A stretch of DNA of 64,000 nt from an uncultured virus (IMG/VR IMGVR_UViG_3300009159_005817) (Duplodnaviria; Heunggongvirae; Uroviricota; Caudoviricetes): positions 1 to 64,000 of the IMG/VR virus record IMGVR_UViG_3300009159_005817, one strand, 5' to 3'. Below are positions 48,628 to 58,061 of this stretch, in pieces. The position numbers were made by a program, and so were the translations under genes. Position 1 is the stretch's first letter; every line of letters starts with the position of its first letter. Under the pieces are notes generated by a model. The model was not told the origin of the DNA and did no database searches. It saw only the letters and a list, made by a program, of their open reading frames with translations.

Positions 48628-48844
48628 AATGAAGCTTAACAAAAGAGAAGATATTAAAGTAGCTATGTGGATAAATGAAGAGCTGGTTACTAATGATTCT
48701 AATATTGTGTATGCTGAAATTGAAGAAAACGACCTTTTCTTGTTAATAAAAACCGAGTCAAAAGATTATAAATTTAAAATATCCAAATATGAAAACATTA
48801 AAGAAAATGAACCTGAAAGGGGAAATGGAGTACAAGAGAGTTAA
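48617..48844 (+). CDS. Hypothetical protein
   Basis: ORF; start uncertain (MESKMKL...). Confidence 0.45.
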   Translation: MESKMKLNKREDIKVAMWINEELVTNDSNIVYAEIEENDLFLLIKTESKDYKFKISKYENIKENEPERGNGVQES

Positions 48845-49004
48845 TGACTCTGAAGGAAACAATCTTACACGAGTTGGATGGAACTTCTGTCCTAAAACTG
48901 AGTGGAAAGAAAATGTAAGAGATTTCGGTAAAACGAAAGAAGAAATCACTAAGGTTGATAAACCTAAGAAAGAAAAGAAGATTAAAAAGGAGAAAGTCGC
49001 TTAA
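48789..49004 (+). CDS. Small basic hypothetical protein
   Basis: GWNFCPKTEWK; Lys-rich tail. Confidence 0.55.
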   Translation: MKTLKKMNLKGEMEYKRVNDSEGNNLTRVGWNFCPKTEWKENVRDFGKTKEEITKVDKPKKEKKIKKEKVA

Positions 49005-49015
49005 TTGCGGCTTTT
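48993..49015 (+). terminator. Putative intrinsic terminator
   Basis: AAAGTCGC-TTAATT-GCGGCTTT(T). Confidence 0.5.
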
Positions 49016-49050
49016 GCCGTTTTAACCATCGAGGATTGAATATATATTAC

Positions 49051-50364
49051 ATGAAAAGATTATTAAAGTATAAAGACTTTGTTGAAGTTTTAAGCGAAGG
49101 TGCTAGACTTCAAGCATTGGTCGATGATCTTCCTTTGTTTGAAGGTGGTGCATACGGTCACCTATCACATCCTTTCGAAGACATGAATTTGACTATGGCA
49201 GATTTGCATACGATGATACAAGATACTGTTAATGGATCTTTTGGTCCTGAGAATTTTGTTCAAGAGAAAACTGATGGTCAGCAAATATCAATATCTTGGA
49301 AGGATGGTAAATTGATTGCGGCAAGAAATAAAAGTCATCTAAAGAATGCTGGCGAAGCCGCATTAGATTCTTCTGGTATTGCTTCTATGTTTGCTGGTCG
49401 TGGTGATATCGAAATTGCCTATAATGCAGCAATGGAAGATCTTCAAAAATCTATTGGCGGTTTATCAGATAAAGATAAATTAGCCTTCTTTGCTAATGGT
49501 AAGAAATTCGTTTCATTAGAAGTTATTACGCCTATCACACAAAATACAGTTCCTTATGGTCAAAATATGCTTGTATTCCATGGAGTACTTGAATATGATG
49601 AATCCGGAAATGTTATCGATGAAGATAAACAAGCTGCTAGAAATCTTGGTAAATCAATTGCTGATGCGAATCTAGCTGCACAGAAAATGTTCTTTGTTAG
49701 AGGACCTCAAGATATGGATATTAAACCATTTCCTAATACCGCAAAAAGATCTTCATATTACGAAAAGAAATACAACGAAATCCTTACTACTTGTGGATTA
49801 ACTGATGCATCTACCGTATTTGATTATGCAATAGGTATGGCTAGATTAGTACTTGAAGAAGAAGCTAAATCTGCAAAGGTTGAAATCCCTGCATCTGCAA
49901 TCGATGGTTTGGCTGCACGTATAGCAGATATTAATAAGTCTTTTTCGGTTTCGTTAATCAAGAAAGAACTTGGTGATAATGCTGATTGGTATTTTGATCT
50001 AGAAAAGAAAAGTGCCAAACAACTTAAACGTAAAATTTATGCTCCTCTTGAATCGCTTTTCCTTGAAATAGGAACAGAATTCATGAAGAATATGTCTACC
50101 TTCCTATCTGCAAATCCTACGGAAGCAGCCGAAGCAATGAAAAATGAAATTGATTCTACTATCGCAAAGATTCGTACAAATGGTGACGAAAAAGACGTAG
50201 AAAAATTAGAACACGAATTAACTAGAGTTACTGCTGCTGGTGGTGTCGAAGGATTGGTTCCTACTGAAGGAATTACATTCGTTTATAAAGGTAAACTTTA
50301 TAAGTATACTGGAATTTTCGCTCCACTACATCAAATACGCTCTATTTTAGCTTATAAAAAATAA
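49051..50364 (+). CDS. Ligase-like (KxDG) nucleotidyltransferase-fold protein with capsid-targeting-like leader
   Basis: MKRLLKYKDFVEVLSE; EGGAYGHLSHP; QEKTDG; terminal EGITF...YKYTG.FAP. Confidence 0.6.
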   Translation: MKRLLKYKDFVEVLSEGARLQALVDDLPLFEGGAYGHLSHPFEDMNLTMADLHTMIQDTVNGSFGPENFVQEKTDGQQISISWKDGKLIAARNKSHLKNAGEAALDSSGIASMFAGRGDIEIAYNAAMEDLQKSIGGLSDKDKLAFFANGKKFVSLEVITPITQNTVPYGQNMLVFHGVLEYDESGNVIDEDKQAARNLGKSIADANLAAQKMFFVRGPQDMDIKPFPNTAKRSSYYEKKYNEILTTCGLTDASTVFDYAIGMARLVLEEEAKSAKVEIPASAIDGLAARIADINKSFSVSLIKKELGDNADWYFDLEKKSAKQLKRKIYAPLESLFLEIGTEFMKNMSTFLSANPTEAAEAMKNEIDSTIAKIRTNGDEKDVEKLEHELTRVTAAGGVEGLVPTEGITFVYKGKLYKYTGIFAPLHQIRSILAYKK

Positions 50365-50377
50365 AAACAAAGTAATT

Positions 50378-50554
50378 ATGCAAAAGTACGAAGAAATCAA
50401 AACTTTAATCTCATCAATCGATGGTGACGTAGACAAATTTTATAATAAAGGAAATAAGTCTGCTGGAACTCGTATCCGTAAAGCTATGCAAGATTTGAAA
50501 AAACTTGCTCAAGACTTACGTGTTGATGTTCAAGAATCGAAAAGTGCTGAGTAA
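50378..50554 (+). CDS. Histone H1-like protein (Hc1-like, Bacteroidetes type; not in ORF track)
   Basis: MQKYEEIK...KFYNKGNKSAGTRIRKAMQDLKKLAQDLRVDVQ. Confidence 0.8.
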   Translation: MQKYEEIKTLISSIDGDVDKFYNKGNKSAGTRIRKAMQDLKKLAQDLRVDVQESKSAE

Positions 50555-50560
50555 TCCTAA

Positions 50561-51016
50561 ATGACCGGATTGTTCAAAATTAATGAAGATTCTGCCTTTG
50601 GACCGGGAATGATGTTTGGCATCCCTGGTCCTGGTCCAAAAGCGGATTCTCCAAAACAACCTTCTGATAAAAAGAAGGAAAAAGGAATTACCCCGAAACA
50701 AATGAAGAAGACTATACCATCATTCAAAAAATTTAACGAAGGTTTTGCTTACGTTAAAGATCCTTTCAGAGAAGGTGAAAGGATGTTCAGTAAAGATATT
50801 AAAATAGACAATGTTGCTGTTATTAATATCAATGGTTCTATTGATGGATTAGATGCTACACACACAGCAATCGTATCCGTTATAACTAGTACTATGGATA
50901 ACTTCGGCGAAGATCTTGGTAAAGAACGAATCATATTAACACAAAAAGATTTTACCACTAAAGCAGAGGCTGAAAGCTTTTTGAAGAAAATTGAAAAAGA
51001 AATTATCTACAAATAA
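50561..51016 (+). CDS. Hypothetical protein with an internal capsid-targeting-like leader (alternative start 50702)
   Basis: FKINE near the start; internal MKKTIPSFKKFNE. Confidence 0.55.
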   Translation: MTGLFKINEDSAFGPGMMFGIPGPGPKADSPKQPSDKKKEKGITPKQMKKTIPSFKKFNEGFAYVKDPFREGERMFSKDIKIDNVAVININGSIDGLDATHTAIVSVITSTMDNFGEDLGKERIILTQKDFTTKAEAESFLKKIEKEIIYK

Positions 51017-51603
51017 TGAAGAAATTTAAAGAATTCGTTACAGATATTCTGATATTTGAAAAGATTGATGGAAAGGAAGTTTGTATATTTCCTGGACGTT
51101 TTCAACCTTTTCATAATGGACATATTGAAGCAATACATCGAACAGCAAAAGCTTTCGGAGTTCCTGTTATCCCGGTACAAATCAAATCAAAGAACGAAAA
51201 TTCACCTTTCCCAGATTCTCTTCTAGAAAAGATTGGTAAGGCCATGATTAAAGAATTTCCTTTCATTGAAGATTATGTACTTTATCCTCCTGATAAGAAA
51301 ACTGTAGTACCTCAAATGGTTAAATTCCTTCAAGAAAAGGGTTATGATCCAATTGGTATTGGTTGTGGAAGTGATCGTTTAAGAGATTATGAACGTCAAG
51401 TTGAATATCTAACATCACCGAAATCGGATGTTCAAGTTAATAAATTTTCGGTTGCAATGGTTGATGAACGAAGAGCCGATGGTCCTTCAGGAACAAGAGT
51501 TCGTGAAGCACTTATGAATGATGATAAAGAGGCATTCGAAAAAGCTACACCAAGATCACTACATCCTTTCTATAAAGAGCTACAAAAATACCTTAAAAAA
51601 TAA
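51016..51603 (+). CDS. Cytidyltransferase-like (HxGH) nucleotidyltransferase with capsid-targeting-like leader
   Basis: FPGRFQPFHNGH, GSDR, SGTRVREA; MKKFKEFVTDILIFE. Confidence 0.85.
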   Translation: MKKFKEFVTDILIFEKIDGKEVCIFPGRFQPFHNGHIEAIHRTAKAFGVPVIPVQIKSKNENSPFPDSLLEKIGKAMIKEFPFIEDYVLYPPDKKTVVPQMVKFLQEKGYDPIGIGCGSDRLRDYERQVEYLTSPKSDVQVNKFSVAMVDERRADGPSGTRVREALMNDDKEAFEKATPRSLHPFYKELQKYLKK

Positions 51604-51619
51604 AAATCATAATATAAAT

Positions 51620-53143
51620 ATGAAACCTATTAAAAACTACAACGAATTCATTAATGAAGCATGGATTGGTCCATTCGTATTCAATGAAGACATGACCGAT
51701 GATGAACTAAAGGCTATATACCAAGGTGCATTAGATGGATTTGCTTATTGGCAAAAAGGATTTGAATATCCAAAAGCCGATTACAAAAAGGCATATACTG
51801 AAATTGGAAAGATTCTAAAGAAAAGAGGAGTTAATGTTGATGAATCTGTTAATGAAGGATCTAACGACGAAATGGTAAAACGGAGTTGTGTCGAAAGACT
51901 TTCTCAATTCTTTAGAGTTAGTCCAAACGCATTATCACATTTCAAATTTGATGGAACCGATAACATTAAAGCTTTAACAAAAGCTCTTAATTCTACATCA
52001 GATGAAGGAACCGAGGCATACTATAAAGTAGCAATCCGAGTTGGAAAACAAGATGCCGGTATCGAAGAATCTATCGAGGAATCAGCTAAATGTCCTCCTA
52101 TATACATTCCGGTATTATCTAATATCGATCATACTAGAATAATCAAATGGATGGATATTCATTTTGATAGTCATAAATGGGATATGAAGAAATCCGGTGC
52201 TGGTTTTGAAATCGATGTTGAAAAACTATCTAGTCAAGAACAAGATGATTTATTAAAATATTTACACTCACAAGATTATTTAGAAGAATCTGTTAATGAA
52301 GCTTGGAGTAATATAGACACCGACAAAGCTGCCGATCTAATCAATAAAGAAATTGGAGTTAATCCTGGTTATTTCTTTATTGGCGATGAAGATTTATGCA
52401 TCAAATTTGATAAATTATGGACTGAAAAGAAATACAAAGTAGCTCTTAATATGTTATTTTTTATTGAAAATCTAAAAGATCTTAAAGACTTCATAAAACA
52501 AAACCAAAACGAATCGGTTAATGAAGCAGTATCACCAGAAGTACATCGTATGGTTAATAAATTTGTAACCGGTATGGCTGATAAATATGATTATTCTTTA
52601 CAAGATGCAGTTTATGCAATACTAGACGTTTTAAAAAGTCAAAAATATAAAGGATTAAAAGAATCTGTTAATGAAGGTGAAACTTTAATATTTGATGAGA
52701 TCGGAGAAAACCTAACCAAACTTCAGGATCAAATAGATGCAATGCTTAAATGGGAAATCACCGATCAAAAATGGATCGTTGCACTTAAAACAATTCAATC
52801 TGCCTGTTCTAAATTGGAAGATACTGTCGCTAAAGCTGATCAGAAATTAGGTGCTATTGAATATAATGAATCCATTAGTGAAGGTCTTTTAAAATTAGAT
52901 GAAGGTGCTGTTAAACAATTTGAGATCGATTATAAAGACATGGAAAGTAGTATCAAACGAGGTATTGGTTGGATTGATCCTGAATATGTGGCTGAAACTT
53001 GGGAGAATTCTTCAGATACTATTGATTATGAAATAGTTAGAAATGAAATTCTTACTCGTCTAATTAAAGCCGATCTTCTTTATACATCACTAGATGGAGA
53101 AACTAAAGGTAAAAGAATTACCAACATAAGTCAAATTAAATAA
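51620..53143 (+). CDS. Multi-module protein with capsid-targeting-like leader and repeated ESVNE junctions
   Basis: Start at ATG 51620, MKPIKNYNEFINE; four ESVNE plus EESIEE and NESISE. Confidence 0.7.
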   Translation: MKPIKNYNEFINEAWIGPFVFNEDMTDDELKAIYQGALDGFAYWQKGFEYPKADYKKAYTEIGKILKKRGVNVDESVNEGSNDEMVKRSCVERLSQFFRVSPNALSHFKFDGTDNIKALTKALNSTSDEGTEAYYKVAIRVGKQDAGIEESIEESAKCPPIYIPVLSNIDHTRIIKWMDIHFDSHKWDMKKSGAGFEIDVEKLSSQEQDDLLKYLHSQDYLEESVNEAWSNIDTDKAADLINKEIGVNPGYFFIGDEDLCIKFDKLWTEKKYKVALNMLFFIENLKDLKDFIKQNQNESVNEAVSPEVHRMVNKFVTGMADKYDYSLQDAVYAILDVLKSQKYKGLKESVNEGETLIFDEIGENLTKLQDQIDAMLKWEITDQKWIVALKTIQSACSKLEDTVAKADQKLGAIEYNESISEGLLKLDEGAVKQFEIDYKDMESSIKRGIGWIDPEYVAETWENSSDTIDYEIVRNEILTRLIKADLLYTSLDGETKGKRITNISQIK

Positions 53144-54045
53144 TGCTAAAATTTAATCAATTTGTTAACCTGATTCTTAATGAAGGAGGTAATGCGATTG
53201 AGGATGCTCGTCCTATTTTGCAATCTGAAATAGATGCAACGTATGCATATGTTATTAAAAACATATATCCTCTTATTGGTCTTGCCGAAGATTTTGCTAA
53301 ACCAATAGGATCTTTTAAGAAAAAAGCACCTGATCAAACATCTGGTGATATCGATATTGCCGTTCTTGCTGATAGAATTGCCGGAGAAAATGGAATTGAT
53401 TTATCTCAGGTTCTTGAATTCATCGCATCTAAATTGAGTGATTATTCTCCGGTCGTTAGTAAAGGGTTTCAACAAGTTTCTATAGGTGTTCCAATTGAAG
53501 GTGATAAGAAAAAAGGTATTGCACAAATTGATTTGATGCTAACAGATAATCTGAATTTTTCCTCCTTCATGTATCATTCACCAGACTTTACTCAAGCAGA
53601 ATCCAAATATAAAGGACTTTACCGTAATATTCTACTAATGAATATCATTAGCAATTCGAAACGAGAAACTACCAAGCTAACCGACAAAGGTGAAATTGAA
53701 GAATATCGTTCATATGTACTTCGTCTAAATCAAGGTGTTGTTGCGGTAACCAAATCGTTTATAGGTAAGAAAGGGTTAGTTAAGAATCCTACATTACTCA
53801 ACGATCAAGATAAATTTATGTCTAATACTCCAGAAGTTATTGCGGAATTGGCATTCGGTCCGGATGTTCCCATTTCAGAAATAATGACTTTTGAAGATAC
53901 TTGGAGACATACAATGGATTCTAAATTTATTCACCAAGATAAATTAGATGCAATTCTAAAAGATTTCAGAACTAGATTACTTGCTGCTAAAGTTCCTTTC
54001 CCTATTGAATGTGTAGAACAATACCCAAATATATTTACATCATGA
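53143..54045 (+). CDS. Pol-beta-superfamily nucleotidyltransferase-like protein with capsid-targeting-like leader
   Basis: IGS...SGDIDI, QIDLM; MLKFNQFVNLILNEGG. Confidence 0.7.
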   Translation: MLKFNQFVNLILNEGGNAIEDARPILQSEIDATYAYVIKNIYPLIGLAEDFAKPIGSFKKKAPDQTSGDIDIAVLADRIAGENGIDLSQVLEFIASKLSDYSPVVSKGFQQVSIGVPIEGDKKKGIAQIDLMLTDNLNFSSFMYHSPDFTQAESKYKGLYRNILLMNIISNSKRETTKLTDKGEIEEYRSYVLRLNQGVVAVTKSFIGKKGLVKNPTLLNDQDKFMSNTPEVIAELAFGPDVPISEIMTFEDTWRHTMDSKFIHQDKLDAILKDFRTRLLAAKVPFPIECVEQYPNIFTS

Positions 54046-55568
54046 TGTTAAAATACAATCAATTCGTTCAATGGTTAAATGAATCAGCTATGGCTCCAGT
54101 TGAATGGAATGAGAAGCCTAAATATCGAGTACAATTTCTTAGTTTCTTAGAAGATAAAAATAAAGAACTTATAATTGATGGTAAATACAAATCCTCATAT
54201 CCATTTCTAACTTTCAAAGTTTCTGATATTTCTAATTTAGAAGATATACAATCGTTTATAAAAAGTGATAAAGCGGTTTCATCTAAAGAACCTTTAATGG
54301 ATGTTGATGCAGTTAAAATACCATTAACACATTTGCTAAAAACTGGATTATTTACTAATCAATCAAAGACTTCAACTGATACCGATACTAAAGAAGGTAT
54401 GGTTGTTTATTTCTACTACAATCAAGACGCAGACATTCTTTCTATAAAAAATTCAGAAGCAGTTGCATTAGTAGATAACATTCCGAATGGAGATTTACAT
54501 CCAAAAGCTATGGATAAAATTAGATTATGGTTATCTGATTTTGATAGAGAAAATGAAGAACAAATCGCTCAATGGAAATCTACCGGTAATGTAATGGCTG
54601 AATTTTTATCGAATGGATATCATTTAGACCGAAATGATATACTTATAAAAGTTAGAGATAGGGCAAGAATACTTTCTGGTTTAGCACCGGATAATTGGTG
54701 TCCTGGAGACGTTTACTTAGTAGATCCTTCTGCTAAATCTACCATACTTGATTATGTAAATAATGCAAAAACCATAGGAGAATTAAATTTATTATTCAAT
54801 GATTCATTCACACCAAGAGAAACCTCAGCTGAACCTATGGGATCTCTTGTAGCGGTTTCTCTTAAACAACAAGTAGCTAGATTAGGTAGAGCAAAAGAAT
54901 TCCTAAAAACAATATCCACAAAAGATTCAGTATATAACCTTACAAAAGAAGAATTGGTTAAATGTAAAACTGATGAATCTTGGGCAAAAGCAGAAATTTC
55001 TAATTATCAACAACTCTTAGGAACTATCGCTTCTAAATCAGAGATAACCGTTCATTATAACCCTGGAAGTGTAGATCGTATTAAACCGGCTTTATTACCT
55101 AGTAAATTGGCTGCCATAAAATTAACTTATCATCTACTTACTTTACCAAAAGAATCACCGGAAGATCTTGATGATAATCTTCTAAGTGTTCTTCAATTTG
55201 GACTTAAGCAAGCCGACAAATCAACAAATCCTCCATATTTCAAAATCACCGGAAGTATAAAAGGTGAAGGTAGTTTAGAGTTCTTTCATGGAGGAGATAC
55301 TTTAAAGTTATTAATTGGAGGAATTGGTAACAAAGAAGCCAAGCTAGTTATTTTAGATTTACCTAGTAGATTAGATATTGTTCTGTTTTATTACGTTTCA
55401 ATTGGCGATACTGCATATGAAATTCGTTTAAGGTCGGCAACTACCAATAGTAAACAAGCCGGATTAGAATTTGAAAGAAAAGATATTATCGGAAATCTTG
55501 TAGAAGATCCTCAAGGAACAACATCTAAAATAGATAAATTATTCCATCAAAGATCCTCGATGAAATAA
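54042..55568 (+). CDS. Hypothetical protein with capsid-targeting-like leader and possible PD-(D/E)XK-like motif
   Basis: MMLKYNQFVQWLNE; DNWCPGDVY...VSLK. Confidence 0.55.
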   Translation: MMLKYNQFVQWLNESAMAPVEWNEKPKYRVQFLSFLEDKNKELIIDGKYKSSYPFLTFKVSDISNLEDIQSFIKSDKAVSSKEPLMDVDAVKIPLTHLLKTGLFTNQSKTSTDTDTKEGMVVYFYYNQDADILSIKNSEAVALVDNIPNGDLHPKAMDKIRLWLSDFDRENEEQIAQWKSTGNVMAEFLSNGYHLDRNDILIKVRDRARILSGLAPDNWCPGDVYLVDPSAKSTILDYVNNAKTIGELNLLFNDSFTPRETSAEPMGSLVAVSLKQQVARLGRAKEFLKTISTKDSVYNLTKEELVKCKTDESWAKAEISNYQQLLGTIASKSEITVHYNPGSVDRIKPALLPSKLAAIKLTYHLLTLPKESPEDLDDNLLSVLQFGLKQADKSTNPPYFKITGSIKGEGSLEFFHGGDTLKLLIGGIGNKEAKLVILDLPSRLDIVLFYYVSIGDTAYEIRLRSATTNSKQAGLEFERKDIIGNLVEDPQGTTSKIDKLFHQRSSMK

Positions 55569-55598
55569 GATAAATAACATAACAAAAACAAACAAAAC

Positions 55599-56186
55599 AT
55601 GTATACTAGAGAACAGATAGAAGGAGCCGTAAAGGCTAAAGGATACGTTTGGTTTGAAGGGGAAAAAGATTACGATGTTAATATCGTGGGAGTTAGAAAT
55701 TCAGCCACTGGCCAAAAAGTTACTAATGTATTTGATGATACATTAACACTATCCTATAAGATTGCCGGTCAATGGAAATTCCATACCTGGATATGTACAA
55801 CTGACCCTGGTAAAAAGGGTGTTATGGAATATCATAATGCTGCTGGTGTTGCAAGATTAGTCGAAGGACAATATCGTGGATCTCATACTATCAGATTACA
55901 TCAAGGAAAATATGAAGCTTTAGGGCAAGCTAAAAACGTAAAAGTTTATAGAGATGCTAACCGAGATTTAACTTATAACGAAGATAAAATTCAAGAAGGA
56001 GTTTTTGGAATTAATATTCATAAAGCCGGTGCCGATTCAACATACGTCGAGAATTGGTCAGAAGGTTGCCAAGTATTTAAAAAATCAGCAGACTTTGAAG
56101 AATTTATGACTATAATCAGAAAATCAAGAGATATTCATGGTAATTCTTTTACCTATACTCTAATTGAATCTACTGATATCGCCTAA
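55599..56186 (+). CDS. YkuD/L,D-transpeptidase-like protein (candidate cell-wall enzyme or endolysin)
   Basis: TTDPG, GINIH...WSEGCQV His/Cys pair. Confidence 0.6.
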   Translation: MYTREQIEGAVKAKGYVWFEGEKDYDVNIVGVRNSATGQKVTNVFDDTLTLSYKIAGQWKFHTWICTTDPGKKGVMEYHNAAGVARLVEGQYRGSHTIRLHQGKYEALGQAKNVKVYRDANRDLTYNEDKIQEGVFGINIHKAGADSTYVENWSEGCQVFKKSADFEEFMTIIRKSRDIHGNSFTYTLIESTDIA

Positions 56187-56200
56187 CAAATATATACATT

Positions 56201-56635
56201 ATGATACTAAACTACCAAGAATATCTTGCTTTAGAAGAAGCCGCTAAGTACTCAATCGATAAAAATCATTCTCTAATTGCCGTTCATGGTCTTTCATTGA
56301 GAGATCAAATACACGTTTGGCATTGGCAAACCGAGGTTGGCGATCAACATAAAGCCTTAGGAGAATTTTACGAAAACTTATTAGAAACTCTCGATCAATT
56401 AGTAGAAGCTATAATGGGAAAATACGGAAGAATTTCTGTTAAGACGGTTGGATCTCCTAAACCTCTTGTTGATCTACAAGATCTAAAAAACATTGACGCT
56501 TTTGTTGATGAATACATAAAACTTTTTGACAATTTCAGAAACACAACTTTCAAAAATGATACAGAAATTCAGAATATCATAGATGAAATCGTTGCAGAAG
56601 CTCTTAAATTGAAATATCTCCTAACAATGTCTTAA
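56201..56635 (+). CDS. Ferritin/Dps-like four-helix protein with capsid-targeting-like leader
   Basis: HVWHWQT, HKALGEFYE..D.LVE, NIIDEI...KYLLT; MILNYQEYLALEE. Confidence 0.7.
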   Translation: MILNYQEYLALEEAAKYSIDKNHSLIAVHGLSLRDQIHVWHWQTEVGDQHKALGEFYENLLETLDQLVEAIMGKYGRISVKTVGSPKPLVDLQDLKNIDAFVDEYIKLFDNFRNTTFKNDTEIQNIIDEIVAEALKLKYLLTMS

Positions 56636-56652
56636 AAATACTTAATTACAAA

Positions 56653-57036
56653 ATGTTTGTACCAAATCACATTCACGTCCTTATTAAAGGTTATGTCAAA
56701 AATCCACCTCGAACAGAGGAACATCTAAATGATTGGTTTCGACGATTGGTCGAACGTGTAAGAATGGTAGTAGTTGCTGGTCCAACTTCTGTATATGTTA
56801 ATGAACCCGGAAATGAAGGTTTAACTGGAACCGTTACATTAGCAACCTCACATGCATCTATTCATGTATGGGATAACATTGAACCTGCAATGTTCCAATT
56901 CGATCTATATTCATGTTCAGAATTTACTCCACAGGAAGTTATCGAACACTTAGAAGAATTCGATCTAGTTTCATGCGAATATATGTTCATCGATCGTAAT
57001 ACTGAAATGAAAGTCGTAGAAACTGGAAATGTTTAA
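56653..57036 (+). CDS. speD: S-adenosylmethionine decarboxylase proenzyme-like
   Basis: GLTGTVTLATSHASIHVW, QFDLYSC. Confidence 0.8.
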   Translation: MFVPNHIHVLIKGYVKNPPRTEEHLNDWFRRLVERVRMVVVAGPTSVYVNEPGNEGLTGTVTLATSHASIHVWDNIEPAMFQFDLYSCSEFTPQEVIEHLEEFDLVSCEYMFIDRNTEMKVVETGNV

Positions 57037-57373
57037 AGCTCTAAAAAATAAATTACACATCATATCATGGGTGTTAACTGATATTGTCTGGTACTCAGGC
57101 AATTCTGATTTAACTCTGATTATGATTATACCTACGTTACTCTTAACCGGATATGCTCTAATAGCACAAAAGGATAAAAGAGAAGAAAACTTTGTACTTG
57201 CCTCATGGGTTCTTGCGAATACTATTTGGTTGTTACATGAAATACGAGATTGGTCTATTCTTCCAGTTTTTCTTTTCATGACGATTGGAGTCGTATTCTC
57301 TTTTCTCACTATGAGATCTTGTTTACATATCCAATGCAAAAAACCAACACCTATAAAAAATGGCAAAGTCTAG
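57029..57373 (+). CDS. Small multi-pass membrane protein
   Basis: Hydrophobic helices; duplicated SWVL...W. Confidence 0.55.
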   Translation: MFKALKNKLHIISWVLTDIVWYSGNSDLTLIMIIPTLLLTGYALIAQKDKREENFVLASWVLANTIWLLHEIRDWSILPVFLFMTIGVVFSFLTMRSCLHIQCKKPTPIKNGKV

Positions 57374-57508
57374 TACCAGCGAGGTTAGAAATTTCCACGC
57401 TAAAACTAAAAAGAAAAATCCTGGAGTACATTCGAAGACAAAATCTTCAAGAGCAAAAACTTCTAAGAATTACAGAAAAGCTTATGTAGGACAGGGGAAA
57501 TAATCCCT

Positions 57509-58036
57509 ATGGCAAAACGTAGAATTCAAAACCGAACCATAATGTTTTTTGGTCAGGTTACAGAAAACAATGTATCTAAAGTCATCGATCAAATTGATGC
57601 CATTTTAGAAGAAGATCCGAATGACAATGGTCCCATCAAAATCATTCTGTCTAGTGAAGGTGGAGATGTGTATGATGGATTTGGCCTTATAGGTTATATG
57701 GAATCTATACCAATAAAATTCCATATTCATTGTGTAGGTAAAATCATGTCAATGGCATTACCAATCGCTCTATCAGGAGATTTAGTTACTGCATCTCCTT
57801 ATTGTACTTTCATGTATCATGAAATATCCCATTCCGTACCATATCACGAGAAGATACAATATCACAAACAAGAATTAAAAGAATGTGACCGTCTACAGAA
57901 GATGTACGATGAGTATATAGTTAATCACACCAAGTTCGATAAAGTGTTCCTAGATGATATTAAGGATAAACGAGCAGAGTTCTATTTTTCACCGAAAGAA
58001 GCCATTAAATATGGTGTCATATCTAAAATAGTTTAG
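57509..58036 (+). CDS. clpP: ClpP-like peptidase S14
   Basis: LSSEGGDVYDG, IMSMA, FMYHE, YFSPKEAIKYG. Confidence 0.85.
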   Translation: MAKRRIQNRTIMFFGQVTENNVSKVIDQIDAILEEDPNDNGPIKIILSSEGGDVYDGFGLIGYMESIPIKFHIHCVGKIMSMALPIALSGDLVTASPYCTFMYHEISHSVPYHEKIQYHKQELKECDRLQKMYDEYIVNHTKFDKVFLDDIKDKRAEFYFSPKEAIKYGVISKIV

Positions 58037-58061
58037 ATAGATATTAAAATCAAATTATCAA

